A stretch of 64,000 nt of DNA, from assembly GCF_000143415.4 (NCBI RefSeq), contig NW_003314300.1, positions 104,908 through 168,907 on the forward strand. The letters are read 5' to 3'. A program made the position numbers and the translations under genes. The notes under the pieces were generated by a model that saw only the letters and a list, made by a program, of their open reading frames with translations, had not been told where the DNA came from and made no database searches. This stretch comes from Selaginella moellendorffii. Its lineage: Eukaryota > Plantae > Lycopodiophyta. Positions 23,482 to 37,904 of this stretch are shown piece by piece (within the stretch, counting starts at the first letter, position 1; the number at the start of each line of letters is the position of its first letter).

Positions 23482-25810
23482 TCAGTCGATAACTCGCTCT
23501 CCTGTTGAGAAAAGGTTCCAAACAACTGTTCCCACTAAATACAATGCGACTGCTACTTTGAAGACGTCATCCCATGTCCCTGTGCCCACAACAAAAACCA
23601 CGAGTTAGTTAGACGAGGAAGAGCACAAAGACTAGAGGTAAACCATGCTGCAAGATGTATCCTGTTGCAGCAGTTCCTATGACACCAGCAAGAACTCCCG
23701 CAGTATTGGAGAGTCCGAGCAATACTCCCTGTTACAAGCTCAGTATCAGTTCTGGCCAGAAGTAGGATATGCCAGACTAGTTTATTACCGCATAGCGAGG
23801 GCCAATATCTTGATGGTTGGAATACAATCCCGACTGCGAGAAAGCATCCAAACCCTGCAAGAGACCAGATATCAAACTAAAATTCCACTTAAAGCGAGAT
23901 ATAGAGAGGATTTTACCTGGGAAGCCATCATACACAGAACAGCACCAGAAGGCGAACGGATATGGCTAAGCTGCGTAAGGAAAAAAGCCGGGCCAAGAAA
24001 ACCAATGGATTGCATCACCTGTACATAGTAAAACAATGCTGCAAGCTTAACCAACAACGAAGAGCTAAAACATACCTTCCGAACAAGTGTGACCGAAACT
24101 CCCCTCTTTACAAGATTGTCAGCTATCCATCCCCCAAGATTAGAGGACAACGCCATTGTCAACCAAGGAAGGACTGAAAACATTCCGGATTCCATCAGAT
24201 TGAATCCCAAAACCTGCATACAAATACTTTCATAATGAACTTAGAAATCAAGAGAAGTGTTCAACCTGGTTGTAGTACGTCGGCATCCATGTCAAGAGAA
24301 TGAAAGTCCCCCAGTTGTGACAAAAGTGACAAACTATTAGCGCCCACACAGATGGTTCAGATAGAAGCTGACCCCAGGGTATCTCGCCGATAGCTACTTT
24401 CTCTTGAGCGCTATCTCCGAGTATGTAATTCTTCTCTTCCTCCGAAAGCGTGAGATCTTCCGCAGGCGAGCTATATGCCTGAAAAAAAAAAACTGACAAT
24501 GAGAAGTAATGCAAAGCATGAGCAAACTTACGTTTTTCTGCCAGAATGTAAACCAGACCGCTCCCAACGAACCAAACGTGAAGAAAACTGAGGGCCAGTT
24601 ATACTTGTGAATCAAGGCGGGAGAAAACGCAAGTCCTGTCACCGATCCAAGATACATTCCACTGTACACCAAGGCAAGCGATCTACTGCGTTCGGTCACC
24701 GGAATCCAACGAGAGAGAAGATTATTCATTGCAGGCATTGCAACGCCCTGTGAAAGAAATGAAGGATCGTAAGAGTGCATGGAAAGTAAATTCGCCAATT
24801 ATACCTCGCCAATTCCCATGCAAGCTCGGACTGCGAATAGCACTGGCAGGCCAAGTTTTGCTGCTAGCGGAGTCAAAACTGTTGCTACTGACCACCATAT
24901 CACTCCGAATCCTAAAACTTTCTTCCCTCCAATGCTGTCTGCCCACACACCTCCAGCGATCTGCAAGAAAGAAGCGTCAAACTTCTAAAACTTATTCTCC
25001 TCTCAAGAACAGTACCTGTGTGAGAAGATATCCCCAAAAGAATGACGATTGCACTAAACCGACTGTGGTGGAGTTCCAATGGAACTCGGAAGCCATTGGG
25101 AGAATAGCAATGCTCATATTCACCTATAACACCACAAAGATTTTCTAGTCAAGCGAGCCAGTTAAGTTTCCATCCAAAAAGAGAAACGAAAGTTCAAAAG
25201 CCATACCCGATCCATGTTGCACAGGAGGAACGCGAAGAAGCACAAGGCTACAATCTGCCATCGCTTTGGTATCCTGTCGAACCAGGACTTTGGTTTGTCG
25301 TCCTCCACGCTAGCAGTAGTGGTGAACGAGTGGCTTTCATCGCTGGAAGTTCCATTACTGGTATTGATTTCCATGGCAGGCTCCTCGTTGGATTTTTTCT
25401 CGCTCTCCAACTGATCTATACTCTCGGAACCAGGCGAAGAGGTCCCCCAGCAGTATGCCACCATTTTTCTCCTGCTCGGCCTTAGCCTTGGATTCGTCCA
25501 AAGAACGAGTTTTCCTTCTAGACCTCTGCTGCCTAGAAGAAAACTCTTGGAGCAAACATTGCCATGGAAGAATAGAATTTCTCTCCCAGCTGGTTTCCTC
25601 TTTTGTTGCATCCCTGGAATCGAAATTCTCTCCCATAAGCCGGATGGAAACGAATGTAGGTGTCGGAAAAAGGAAATGAAAATCTTCGCTCGCGCCTACT
25701 CTCGTCCTAGACCGACTCAACGAGATTCGTGACGTACCTTTGAGGCGATGGAGCTGGCCGCACGACATCGCGGCCGACATTGCGACTAGAGCCGATCCCT
25801 CGGGCGCCAT
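23482..25810 (-). CDS. PHT4: PHT4/SLC17-family anion (phosphate/ascorbate) transporter with N-terminal extension, multi-exon
   Basis: Exons encode LCFFAFLLCNMDRV, GVAMPAMNNLLSRWIP..ERSRSLALVYSGMYLGS, HFCHNWGTFILLTWMPTYYNQV, VRKVMQSIGFLGPA and the C-terminus WNLFSTGERVID*. Confidence 0.92.
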
Positions 25811-26509
25811 AGATCGATCCTCGCCCTGCGAGTCGATCGGCAAAACCCTAGCACATTTTGGTAGCGCGCTGGCGCCTTGTTTCCCTCTGGTGAATCCCCT
25901 GCATTTGTGTGTCCATGGTTCACTCAATCAGCGACCACTAGATTTAAATCCGACACGAATATCCTTAGAATGATGCCACACGAATAAGAATATTCGTTCT
26001 CTTTCTTTCACTATGTCACCAAAGAACACACAACTATATATATATATATATATATATATATGAAGAATGCTATAATGGTATAAATCTAGATCATTTTTAT
26101 GTTATTGGCTGAAGGATTATGGTATACCAATATACCTACTATTGAATTTTCATGATTTTTGGCTCCATCCAGATTCTCCAGATCGATTTCGTTCAATGTG
26201 AAAAAAAACATTATTTTTTTGTTTCCAAGAAGATTGTTGTGGGAAAATTTTTATTTACTAGCATAATGCAACTATTTCTTGATAGGTTACAATTGAGCGA
26301 TCAAACCAAATGCTTGGTTACTATTGCTCTTTTGGTCATAACTTTTAGCTAATAAAATTAACAAAGCATTACACATCAATGAAGGCAAGCTAAGCTAGCC
26401 TATGTGACTTCCATCTTCTGTCAGCTTCTATAGTACACACTGTCATTGCTAAAATTGCTGCTGGTGCTGCTTCTGCTTTGGTGTCGAATCTTTGCGTAGT
26501 ATATATTCA

Positions 26510-29055
26510 TCAACGAGCTCTACCACGGCCTCGGCCCCGCCCCCGACCTCTTCCACCTCGCCCTCCACCCTTGGCTGCTCGAGGAGAGTCGCTCTCGTCC
26601 GAGACATAGTCCTCCTCGGACTCTTCCGTCTCCGAGTCGAACTCCTCGTCGTCCTCGGTCTCCTCCTCCACGTCCTCCTCGTCGTCATCCTCGTCCGACG
26701 AGTATTTCTTCTTGGCTTTCCTTTGAGGTCTCTTTGCCGGCGTTTCCTTCCTGCTCGGAGGAGGATTTCGCTTCCGTCCTCCTCCTCCTCCTCCTCCTCC
26801 TCTAGGCTCTGGCTCTGCTTCCTCGGCCTCGGCTTCTTCGTTGTCATTGTCTGCGATCTCGGCAGGTCACTGACAGTGGATTAAGCCAAGGTTTATAACA
26901 TACCGTTTTCAGCGCTGCTGGCTTCATAAACGTCGAACTGTACGCCAGAAGGTGTTAGAAACGGTGATCCCAGCAATCCAAAAAGCTTACCTCTTCCAGT
27001 CGCTCGGCGCCATCCTTGGACCTGGAAACTATCATCATCGAATGTGCAAGGCCACACGCAACACTGGAAACGCAGGAAAAAGAAAAAACCATAAGCACTG
27101 GAACAAAAAAACAGCATTACGGCAGGCGAAGCAGCTACCTTATCACGTGCATGCCTTCGAGAGAGTCGATTTTTTTCGGGTTGGCAGACGATCTGGAACC
27201 AACAGTCTTGCACGATGACTTAACGGCGAAGTTGGAAAACTTACTTTGGGCCAGATGGACCATATCCAAGTTCGCCAGAAAATGCTGTCCCCCAGCTTAT
27301 ACACGACGTCTCCGCGGCCACCATGCTTATTGTATTGCCGGAATCCATGCTACGGATGGTCCAGCCACTGAGCAGACACAAAAGAAGTTTGGTCAGAACA
27401 CGATTTTAAAGGAGCCAAAGTTGCTTGGTACTTCAGATCCGTAAGAGGCTTTGGGTACATCCAATTGTCACCGGTAGCTTTTACACGACCCCACATATAC
27501 AGCTGGCCACCACCTAGATTGATCAACAATACCACTGAGTGTCGTCGGAAAAATAAAATTTGATCGAGCATTACCTGCAGTACAGGCTGAAAATGCAGCA
27601 CCTGCGGCAACAACAGCGGTTGGGGGAAGCACATTCTGACGCTGGAAGACTTCTACTAATCTCGGAGTCCACTCATCCTTCTGTTCCTTGTGACCGAGCC
27701 TGAAAGTCACAAGGTAAACATCCGACGCAAAAACCATTAACCTTTACCTTCCATAGCCCCCATAGCCCCATCTGCAGAGAAAATAGTCAGTTACTCGCAG
27801 AAGTAGAAAATTCTAGAATTAAAGACTACTGTACGTGTAGACAAATCCATTGGAATCCGAAGCCACTGAAATGAATATTATGTCAGTCAGGACCGAAAGC
27901 AAAGACCACGAGGAAAATGAAATGGCCTCACCTGTATGATTGTGTCCACAAGCAACTTTTGTGACCATTTTTTCCGAGAACGCTGCAACTGGCCTTGGTT
28001 TCGATTGTGCTTCATATGCGAGTTTTACAGATCCTTCCTTCATATTATACTGGAAAAACAGCAATACTACTCAAGAAACCGGAAAAGAAAAAACAACGGA
28101 AAACAAATCTTACCTCGTTGTCTGTTCCATGGCCAAGCTGACCATACTGAGGCAATCCTGCGGTTCTGAAAAGATGATATTGTCAAACCGCGACTGTACG
28201 GGACGAAAGAGACTTACAAGATTGACGTCCCTTCAACAGAAGACAACCACACAGTAAAATCTGCCCCGCAAGATACATGAGTTGCTTCCGATACCAGACA
28301 CTTCAGTGGGAGCTTCTCCACCTCTGCCAATAATCTCCATGATCGAGAACCGAATCTTTTTCCTTTAAGAAGATGCAGTCTCACCATCTTTGACATGACC
28401 GCTACCCAGCTGGCCATGTTTGTTGAATCCAAAAGCAAAAGAGTTCCCGTCATCCGTGATCACAACTGTGTGCTGTCTCCCTGATCCAGCTTTAACGACC
28501 TTGTATCTATAAAACAAGACATAGATTTCAAGTTTTTCTTCTCGGACTAGCGAATCTATACGTACTGTGACAAAGCTAGCACCGGCGTGGGGGCGTCTCT
28601 ATTTGATGTGTCTCCGTGACCCAGCTGACCTTTCTATGGAAAAACAATGTAGCATAAAAACGTCCAAAGGAAGGAAAGAAAAGAAGAAAGAAACCCAGGA
28701 GAAGCTCTTACCTCGTTTCGGCCCCAGGTAAAGCACCGCCCATCAGCACCGATCGCAATACAGTGAGTGGAAGCTGGAACAATCCAATTCGAAATTTTCA
28801 AGATAGAACAATCGCGCACAAGATTTTCGACGCACCTGAGCCGGAGGCTACGAAAGCAATCTGGACGCCCTTGAGAGGGCTGAGGCGCGTCGGCGCGGGC
28901 AAGCTCCCAGAATCGGCTTGCTTGCGGCCCACAGTGTCCCAGGATGTAGTGCCACAGTAAAGAAGCTCACCTCCGCGATCCTCTTGCTCGTCCTGCTGCT
29001 CGGGAGCGTCCGGCGCCATGGGCGGTGCTTCTTCTCCCCCCTCCTGGGCAGCCAT
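26510..29055 (-). CDS. RCC1-repeat protein (RCC2/TD-60-like) with acidic and RG-rich C-terminus, multi-exon
   Basis: GGELLYCGTTSWD, HCIAIGADGRCFTWGRNE, VSCGADFTVWLSS, VACGHNHT, RLGHKEQKDEWTPR, GGQLYMWG..GDNWMYPKP; ends ...RGRGRGRAR*. Confidence 0.88.
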
Positions 29056-29163
29056 AGCGAGCGAAAAACCCTTCTTTTAGGATGCCACACCCAAGAACCC
29101 TAATGCACGTCTATTTGGAGAATATGCCAGGGATTTTAGGGTTTTAGGAATTTGGGGGAAACT
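29056..29163. promoter_or_regulatory. 108-bp bidirectional promoter with opposed telo-boxes
   Basis: Divergent ATGs at 29055(-) and 29164(+); AACCCTAA at 29096-29103 and TTAGGGTTTT at 29136-29145. Confidence 0.6.
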
Positions 29164-32100
29164 ATGGCGGGGCGCCGGAAGCGCAGTAAGTCGCCGGAGA
29201 AGAGGAGGAACCGATTCAAGGTAGGGGAGATCTCTTTCGCCTCGCATTCTTCTCAAATTTGTGAGAATTCTCGCAGTTTAAATCCTTCGCCGAGCGCATC
29301 GAGGACATTGATATCGATGTTTTCCACAGTCTAGACGCTGTGAAGGCCCAGCCTACAGCGGAAGGAGCGTCTTTTTTCTACGAGAGCTTGATCCAGTGGC
29401 GGGTGAGTTTTTCGTGCTCTATCTTACGTCCATTCGTTAAAAAACTTTGTTGTAGGAATTGAATGCTGCTGCCGATTTTATCGAGCTCTATGGGGAATTG
29501 CTGCCTTTGGTGCAAACTTTACCGCAGCTACTCCTTCACAAGGCCACCGTGATCAATCGTCTTGTCTCGTCCTTGAAAGCGTCATCGCTTTCATTGGAGC
29601 CAGTTTTCAGGTTTGTGAAATTTGCGACGATGTTCCTTCTAATATCTTTTTCTTGACAGCCTCTTAGCAGTTCTCTCGAGAGATTTGTCTGAAGATTTTT
29701 TGCAGTAAGTCTTCTTCAAGCCTTCGTCGTTCCGGTTTTAATTTCTTCTTCCAGATACGTTCCAGAAATCTTTGATGGATATTATAAGCTTCTTCAATCG
29801 GGTGGGGATAGGGATCCTGTCACGTTGCAGGTGAGCTTCATCTGTGTTGCTGGTCCAGAACTTACATTTTCATTCTCCAGGGTTTTACTTTAGTGGCATA
29901 TATTTTTAAGTACATGTCCAAGTACTTATCGAAGGATTTGGCTTTTGTTCTAAAGTAAGTGTTAATGTTTTCAAGGTTATGATTGATATAATTCCCGTTT
30001 GATTTAGAGTAACGAGGTGTTTTCGTCTTTATCACCAAAATTATGTTCGCGTTTTTGCGGCAGAGGCTGTCTCGTTCGTTTTCAGGGTTGCTCCTCTAAC
30101 CCAAGTTATAAAAGGTACACTTGATTCTTTGCTCTCAAATATCTGACTGTTGTGCTCTTATTCAGGTGTTCGACGGCTTATCTCGGAAACGGAGAAAGAT
30201 CCTACCGACGAAAAGACTTTTGGCTGCAGTGCGTTGCTAACTTGCACGCTAAAGGGACCGTCGTCTGGCTTCCATTCTCGCGCTGAAGAGCTGTTAAAGC
30301 TCCTTTTCAGTCCAGCAGTAATATGTGGAGTTCGCGAAGGGTCGAAAGGTCGTTACTTTTCTTTTTCTTTGTGTGATTACCTTACATTTGGTTCTGCTGT
30401 AGGTGACATCGTTCTAGAAATATTGAAGAAGACTTTGACTGACCTTTGCGAAGAAATTGATCCCAATAAGCTGGAGCTGCTATGGTCCTGCTTACTAGAT
30501 GAAATACTTTCGCTTCTCCTTTTACTTGAGAAGGAATCTAACTGGCCAGACAGGTCAGACGCTAGAATGGAACAACTTTTCTTGGTTCTTAACCACGTCT
30601 CTGAGTATAAAAAGGGAAGGTATATGAATGGTGAGCGCGCTATAATATATCCGAAAAATCTTTTCAGCAATTTTGTAACTGCAGGTCAGTGGCTGTTTAA
30701 CTCTATTGGTCCAAGGCTGCTAGACCTTGTTCCAAAGTTGACAGGAGAGGCACACGAGGGCTTGCTATCTCAAGCCCTTGCAGTTCTTCTTAATGCAATC
30801 GTGAAGAAGGCAGATGAAAACATAAAGCCAGATGTAGCTGCTGTTGCATGGACGTCAGCATTTGAAAGCGCATCAGCTAAGAGGTTTTCTAACCCCTCAT
30901 TTTTCGTTTTATTATTCTATTTTTTCTTTCTGACAGCCTATTGCCTTTCATTAAAGGACTGCTTGAGCAAGATGTTGGGACCGTAAAATATTTTGAGCAC
31001 TTAATTTTAAGGTAGCTCTGGTTGTTTTCAAGCTATGCTAACGCTTGTTCCTTGTGCCAGAGTGCTTGAAAAACATGCTGAGGCTCATCAAGCGTGCGTT
31101 TTGCCATTGCTGCTAAGTTTGATTCAACACTGGGAATTTCCATCCATCAAAAGCGAGAAACTTTCCGCCGCTGTCACTGGCCTTGTCGAATCTTCTTTGG
31201 AGAAACTTACGAGTCATCATCAAACGTCAGAAGAGGCTGCTCTGGTCTTGACAGCTTTACGGTGTTTCCCATACTTGGCCACCAGTAGTAAGCCGGAGTC
31301 CTTTTGCCTGGATTTTGCAACCGCTATTGATCAGGCTGTAAAAGAAAATGAGAAGCCGGACGCTGGTACCTGGAAGGAATTGCTAGGAGCCGCTTTATTA
31401 TCTTATCTGAAAGTTTTGGAAGCGCAGAAGAAACTCACTGTAGAAGAGTTTCTTTCCTTCTTAAATTTCGGTTTGAAGTACCTCGGATATCCTGACGTTC
31501 TAGAAGCTGTATCCAAGTGCGGGTTAGAACTTCGAAGGTCTGTCTTTTGAAGGATTGTTTTTCTTGTATTTTGACTTTTTCTTTTTTTTCAGGTTGGGGA
31601 CGGACGTAGTCAAAGCCTCCGTGGAACTCAATCATCAGGCTTTTCTGAAAACTTGTAAATTATTGGAGAAAAACCTTTGGAACCCGAGTAAGAGAATAAG
31701 GATGGCAACCTTGGAGATTCTAAGCGTGTTCGAACAGTCACGTGAGAGTGCTCAGGTTTGCCTCCTTTTCTTTCTTTATTGCACCCGAAATCAATGTTTT
31801 CCCTTACAGCTCCTTGACGACTTGCTAGCAATAGAAGCCACGCCACTGGATATTGAGCACTCTCGTCGCCTTTCTTCCCTCATCTTGCAAGTTAAATTGA
31901 GCTTGGTTGGAAAGCCCGTTGAACTTGTTCGTTTGGCTTTTCATGCTGTGATAGGAGTATTGCACAATCGGTTTACACCATTGTGGGAGCCTGTCATTAG
32001 CTGTGTGGCTGAAATTATGGAGGCAAGGGGTGACAATGTTCGGGGTGATTTTACATCGTACCTTTCCGCGATACAAAATCAGTGTTTGCAAGACTCCAAC

Positions 32101-35100
32101 GGTTTGCATGTTCAACGTCGTTTTCCGTTTTCTAAACCTTGCATTTCAGAACCATCTAATGTACCGGAGTCTCAGATGCCATCGAATTTGGTGGGTTTGC
32201 TTTTGCGGATTGCGCAAAGAACGTCGTCAAATTTCGTATCAGTATCCAACGAGATGATTTCTCTTTTTCTTGTGTTTTTAAATCACAAGAATGGAGAGGA
32301 GAGGTATGAAATTTTCTTTTTCCTTGATTTTTTCTAAACTTCTATTTTCACGTAGTCATTCTCTGACCAAGAATGACTGGAAGACTATATTGAAAGAGTG
32401 GCTGCAGCTTCTTGTTCAACTGAAGAACTTCACAGATCTTTCAAATGGTGTGCTTCTGAAGCAAATATTGGAGGAGAGGTGAGCACCTCACACGTTGAAA
32501 TTCAGTGCCTAACGGCTTCCATTGGCAGGTTTCTGGTTTTCAATGATGCTGATATTCAAAAGAAAACTTTGGACTGCTTATTGAAGTGGAAGGGCTCGTG
32601 CTTGACTACATATAAAGACCATTTGTATAAACTTATGTCTGTGGACACCATACGCGATGAACTTGGATCTTGGAGCATTTCAAAAGAAGATCAGCAAGTG
32701 GCGAATGAGCACAGAACAGAATTGATGCCTGTCCTGGTTAGAATTCTCTATCCTAAGCTGTCCAAACGAAATGCTAAGCTGGGAAAGGTAACCGTTGCAA
32801 AATTCCTCTTGAAGCTCTTACTGACTACTGTCTTTACTGTTTATTCAGTCAGCAAGTCATATGCGTTCTAGCATACTCACCTTCTTATCCTGCCTTGAAG
32901 CTAAGGAGCTGGAGACTTTCTTTTCGCTAATTACTCGTCCACTAGAAGCGGCCTCTTCAAACGTGTTGCTGGCGGTCGACCAAAATGAAATCAAAAGTCC
33001 GATTGACTTGGTGGACAAGAAGAGGGTTGCAGGGTTGCCACACAAAACAAAGGTCGGCTTTCTGCATTTGGTGAAAGACATATTACAAGTTTTCGACGGA
33101 GAACGCATCGAACCATATCTTCCTGCACTGATGGGGATTGTTTTTCGGCTTTTGGAAGCCGCCTCTCTCAGCACGGTGGAGGAAGGTATCTCTGCCGATG
33201 AGAAACCGGTCTCTTCGGGCAAAGATTTGAGAACCCTTTGTCTCAAGGTCGTTTCTCTGCTGCTCAACAACTTTAGCAACGTCAGCCTTGAGCCCAAGTA
33301 TTGGGAGCTGTTCTTTCAAGCAACTGAACGCTCAATCGCTTTATTGAAGGACGAAAATACTGGAGATAAGCCAACAGCATTACTATCGTGCTTTTTAGCA
33401 ATGAGTACGAATGAGGATTACGCTTCTCTTTTGACGACGAACAAGTTGGTGGTGCCTAATATCTTTTCCATTCTGCTCGTGAAAAACTTATCGTCACCAG
33501 TACACATGGCTGTTCTGAGTTTTATTCAAAACTCACTCGGGAGGAAAGGGAAAACAGTGGAACTTAGTGTCTTACCTCATCTGACAGTGTTATTGCAAGG
33601 CCTTACACAGCAACTAGTCAAACAATCTACGAGGTGAGTGTTTCTTTTAATCTCTTTATAGATTCCGACTTATATTTGCTACAGCAAGGATTGGAAAGCA
33701 AAACACTTGAAGGAGCAGCTGCATATCATATTCAGTGTAAGCCCGTACATAAATGATCCTCTACGGGCCTCCGAGTTTCTGGATACATTGTTACCATTTC
33801 TGAAAACAAAGAAGCCTGATCCAGGTAAGGAATTCATAAAGCTGTCGATATTAATTCAAGTATGTCCTTTGCAGAAGTAAGGCTTGAAGTGCTGAAGATT
33901 GTCAGAGAGTTAGGGCATCTTTTCGACCCTTCTTGCGCCTCGAAATGTGTTGAGGCATTGACACCTTTACTGTCATCAGTCGCCTGTAAAACGTCCCGGA
34001 TTATTTTATGTGAAAGCCTTGAGAAACTTGCGGCAGGAGAGCCTTCTTTCGCTTTGATGGTACGTTTGTTCTAATTTTTGGCTATCATTGATATAGTTCA
34101 CTTCGTAGGCTGAAATATTGGTGGACCTGAACTCTATGTCAACTAGCAGACTTGATGAATGCGATTATGAACGCAGACAAGCAGGCTATGAGAAATTGAC
34201 CAGGGAATTTTTGTCTCAAGTCGATTCTCGCCAAGCCTTGCTACTTCTGTCCCACCTTGTTTTCGATTTGGAATCAGAAGATATGCGGTACAACGCATCG
34301 AGCTGCCTGGTTATGTTTGTCAAGGCTACTGGGGAAGGAATCTTCAAAGACACCATCGGTCACGTTGTTCACGAGTTTCTTTTCTCCCGCATTACAGAAT
34401 CGATCAAGTCGGAAAATGCTGCGACACGACGGGTAATATATGAAATGTTACTGGTTACATGTTTTTCTGATGACTCCTTCTGTCTCTCAGGAATGGCTGA
34501 TTGTATTTCGAGAGCTAGTAATCCTCCCAGAAGTTCCAATGTTTTCCGAGTATCGGTGCTTGTGTAGTTCCGATGTGGAAGGGGACTTCTTCAGCAATAT
34601 TATTCATATTCAGGTTGATTCTGTGGCTTCCCACTACTTTCTCTACTAACTTTTGTACCTTACAGCTTCATAGACGGATTAAGGCTATGGCAAAGTTTAG
34701 AGCCGGTTGTACTGATTCCCAGTTTTCCCAAGTGAGTATCTTTCTTTTTCATAAACCAGAAATTTGACAAACTATTCTACAGCGGTCGTTAAGTAAAATA
34801 TTTGCGCCGTTATTTTCGCACTTCCTATTCGAAAGCAAGGATGAAGGCCTTGTAGCTGCAACTCTCGAGACCTTGGGATATATTGCCACACAGTTGCAAT
34901 GGTCTCAAGCTGTCAACCTTGTGACCGACTCCTTTCGCCTTCTCAGGACGAAAAACGAGCACCAAAAGGTCTTGGTGCGGCTGATATGTTTGCTGTTAGA
35001 GCGGACACAATTTTCTCAAATCGGGGACGAAGAAAGCAAGTTTTTGGAGGATAAAGTCCTTCCCCAGCTCTCGAAGCTCATGCTGACTAACGAGTCGGTG

Positions 35101-37904
35101 AACGTTCCTGTGAGTGTCGTGGCCATCAAAGTACTCAAGCTGCTGCCCGAGCAAGCAATTAGAAAACATCTTCCTCAGCTTTTCCAGACTATAACAAATT
35201 TTTTAAAGAGCAGGAGTCAGGAAATTCGCGACGCAGCCAGATCTTCTATTGTCGGCATGGTTGAAGTACTGGGAGCCAAGTACCTCCAATTTACAGTGAA
35301 AATGCTCCACTCTTCTTTGAAACGCGGCTATGAGAAGCACGTCCTGGGATACACCTTAAACACCATTCTGATCAGACTTATTCCGACGCTTCGGGTGGGG
35401 GACATCGATTACTGCTTGGAAGACATGCTGAAAATTCTGGAGGAAGAGGTTTTTGGCGAGGTGGCCGCAGAGAAGGAGGTGGAAGCTCTAGCAAGAAAAA
35501 TGAAGGAAAGGAAGCAGGCACGCTCGTATGACAGCTTCCGGCTTATAGCTCAGGTGATGACTTTCGACACTCACATCCATCGGCTTCTACAATCTATCAG
35601 AGAAAAAACCAGCTCTTCTCTCAAGGTTCTTGCGAAGGTTCAGTTGGTTCTTAAGAATGTCACAGCAGGGATTCAGGAAAACTCGTCGGCTACTGATCCA
35701 CAGGTTTTAGTCTTTGTACGCGAGCTTGTAGAGGAGTTGTTTAAGCCAAAGCCTGACGTGACTACGACCGGTGACGATGGCAACTCTTTGCATATACTCG
35801 CTGAGTTCGCGTTAAACTTATTGCACGACAGGTTAAGGCGCATCCAGCCAACGCCAGAGGAAGTGTCTACGCTCGATTCTTTTGTTCCGCTACTCGCGAA
35901 GTGCCTATCCGTGAAGTACACCGGCGTTATATCCGAGTCTATGAGATGCTTGAGCATTCTGCTAAAGCTGCCGCTATCAACTATCACTTCGGCTGGAGGA
36001 GCGATCGTAAGCTCAGTTTTTTCACTCGCTGGCAGTTCCTCGACTACTGACAGCCCGCTCATGCAAGCCTGCATGAAGCTTTTATCTGTTATCTTACGGC
36101 ACTGCAAGAGCGTAACCTTGTCGAAGGCTCAAGTACACGATCTTCTGCGTTTGAACATCTTCGTGGAGATTGAGAAACAGAGTGCCCAGTGTTTATCGTT
36201 ACTGAAGGCAGTGGTCGCAAGGAAGCTTGTAGTACCCGAGATTTATGACTTGATGACAAGAGTTCAGAAGCTGATGATTACCAGTCAGTATCCGTCCACT
36301 CGACAGCGGTGCAGTGAGATTCTACTACAGTTCTTGCTCGACTATCCACTCGCTGCGAAGCGCTTACAACGTCATATTGATTTTTTGCTGGGAAATCTCG
36401 GGTAAACTTTCTTTATCCTTGTTTCAAGTTGGTGATTCACGTTTTCTTTTCTGTATTTAAATCAGGTATGAACATGTCACTGGTAGGGAAGCAGCACTCG
36501 AGATGCTACATACAATCATCGTGAAGTTTCCTGACCCAGTTTTGATGGAGCAAGCTGAAAGCTTTTTCCTGACGCTGATCACCAGGCTAGCCAATGACAA
36601 AGACGACAACGTTCAGGTTCTATTGCAGACAGTTCTAAGAATCCTCATGGAACGCGTAGGAGCACAAATGCTCGAGCAAATGAAAGGATACTTGCTGTCT
36701 TGGATGAAAAGTGAAAAACAAGGCCTTTGGTTGCCGGCTACACAGGTAAAGCATATCGTGAAGGGCATGTGGTCTAAACTTTCCGTTTCTTTCAGGCCAC
36801 CGGGATACTTGTGGCTGTTATGGACAAGAATTTTGAACGTCACTTAAACGATTTCTGGCCTGCGATTATAACGATATTGGAGCAGTCGGCGGAGGCTCAT
36901 TGGAAAGAAAGCTTTCACATACTACTATTGATTGAGAAAGTATTCCAACGATTTCCCAGTCGTTTATCACAGGTAGATGGTTTGTTCCCTATCGTTTTTA
37001 TGCTTACCAAGTTCTTTTAGGAAACATGGACAACAATCCAAGATTTCTTACTGCACGGACATGTCTCAGTGCGAACCGTGTCCGCACGATTATTTGGTTC
37101 TTATCTCGAAAACGATGACGCCTCCTTGCTCAACGATTTGAGATGGCTGTTTCTTTTTGGGGCCATATGCTGTGAGCAAATGGCGTCGGATGTCTTCGAC
37201 GAAGAGCTAGGTGGTCATGTTGTGAAGAACTTGACAACAGTGGCTGCGTCCTTAAGCGTCGCCTCCCTGAAGCTGGATGACATGCAGGACGAAAGAGTGA
37301 CCAAGGCATTGACAATGTTAAGGCAGAAAGCGGGAACGATGGACCAGCTCAGTAAGACACTGACCAAAAACGATCCTCTTACTCTCTTTCTTCGGAGGCT
37401 TGAGAGAGTTTCTTTCGAGGGCTCACAGGTATGCTATTGTTTCTCTCCAGGAGCTGTTGCTTGACTATTGGATGTTTGATGCAGGCGAAGTGTGTGTTGA
37501 CGTGGTACACATCTTTAGTGAGTCGACTTGGAAGAGAAGCGTCAGCCGCGTATTTGCCAAATATACTTAGTCCCTTGCTGAAAGTGGAACGTTCGACTGC
37601 TCCAGGTTATCTAGTTACTTGATCTGGCTTTGGTTTCTAAATTCTGCTCTGTGCTACAGCGGACCTGAGAGCATTCGCCGAGGGAGTTCGGGAGGAGATT
37701 CGGGAGCTTGTAGGACCCGAGAGTTTTGCGACGGCCTACAATCAAGTCTCTCTTGACGTAATGCAACGCAAGGATAACCGCAAGCGTGCAAAATCCATCG
37801 CGGCATTGGTAGACCCCGAGAAAACCGCCAGGAAAAAGATCAAGCTGGGCCAGAAGAGAGGCGCACAGAAGAAGAGGAAACGCATCGACTACAGAAAGAC
37901 GTAA
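29164..37904 (+). CDS. UTP20: U3 snoRNA-associated protein 20 (SSU processome HEAT-repeat protein), many short introns
   Basis: N-terminal FKSFAERIEDIDIDVF, WRELN..LPQLLLHK; LKSRSQEIRDAAR, LKRGYEKHVLGYTL, LQFLLDYPL, YEHVTGREAALEML; basic C-terminus LVDPEKTARKKIK. Confidence 0.92.
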
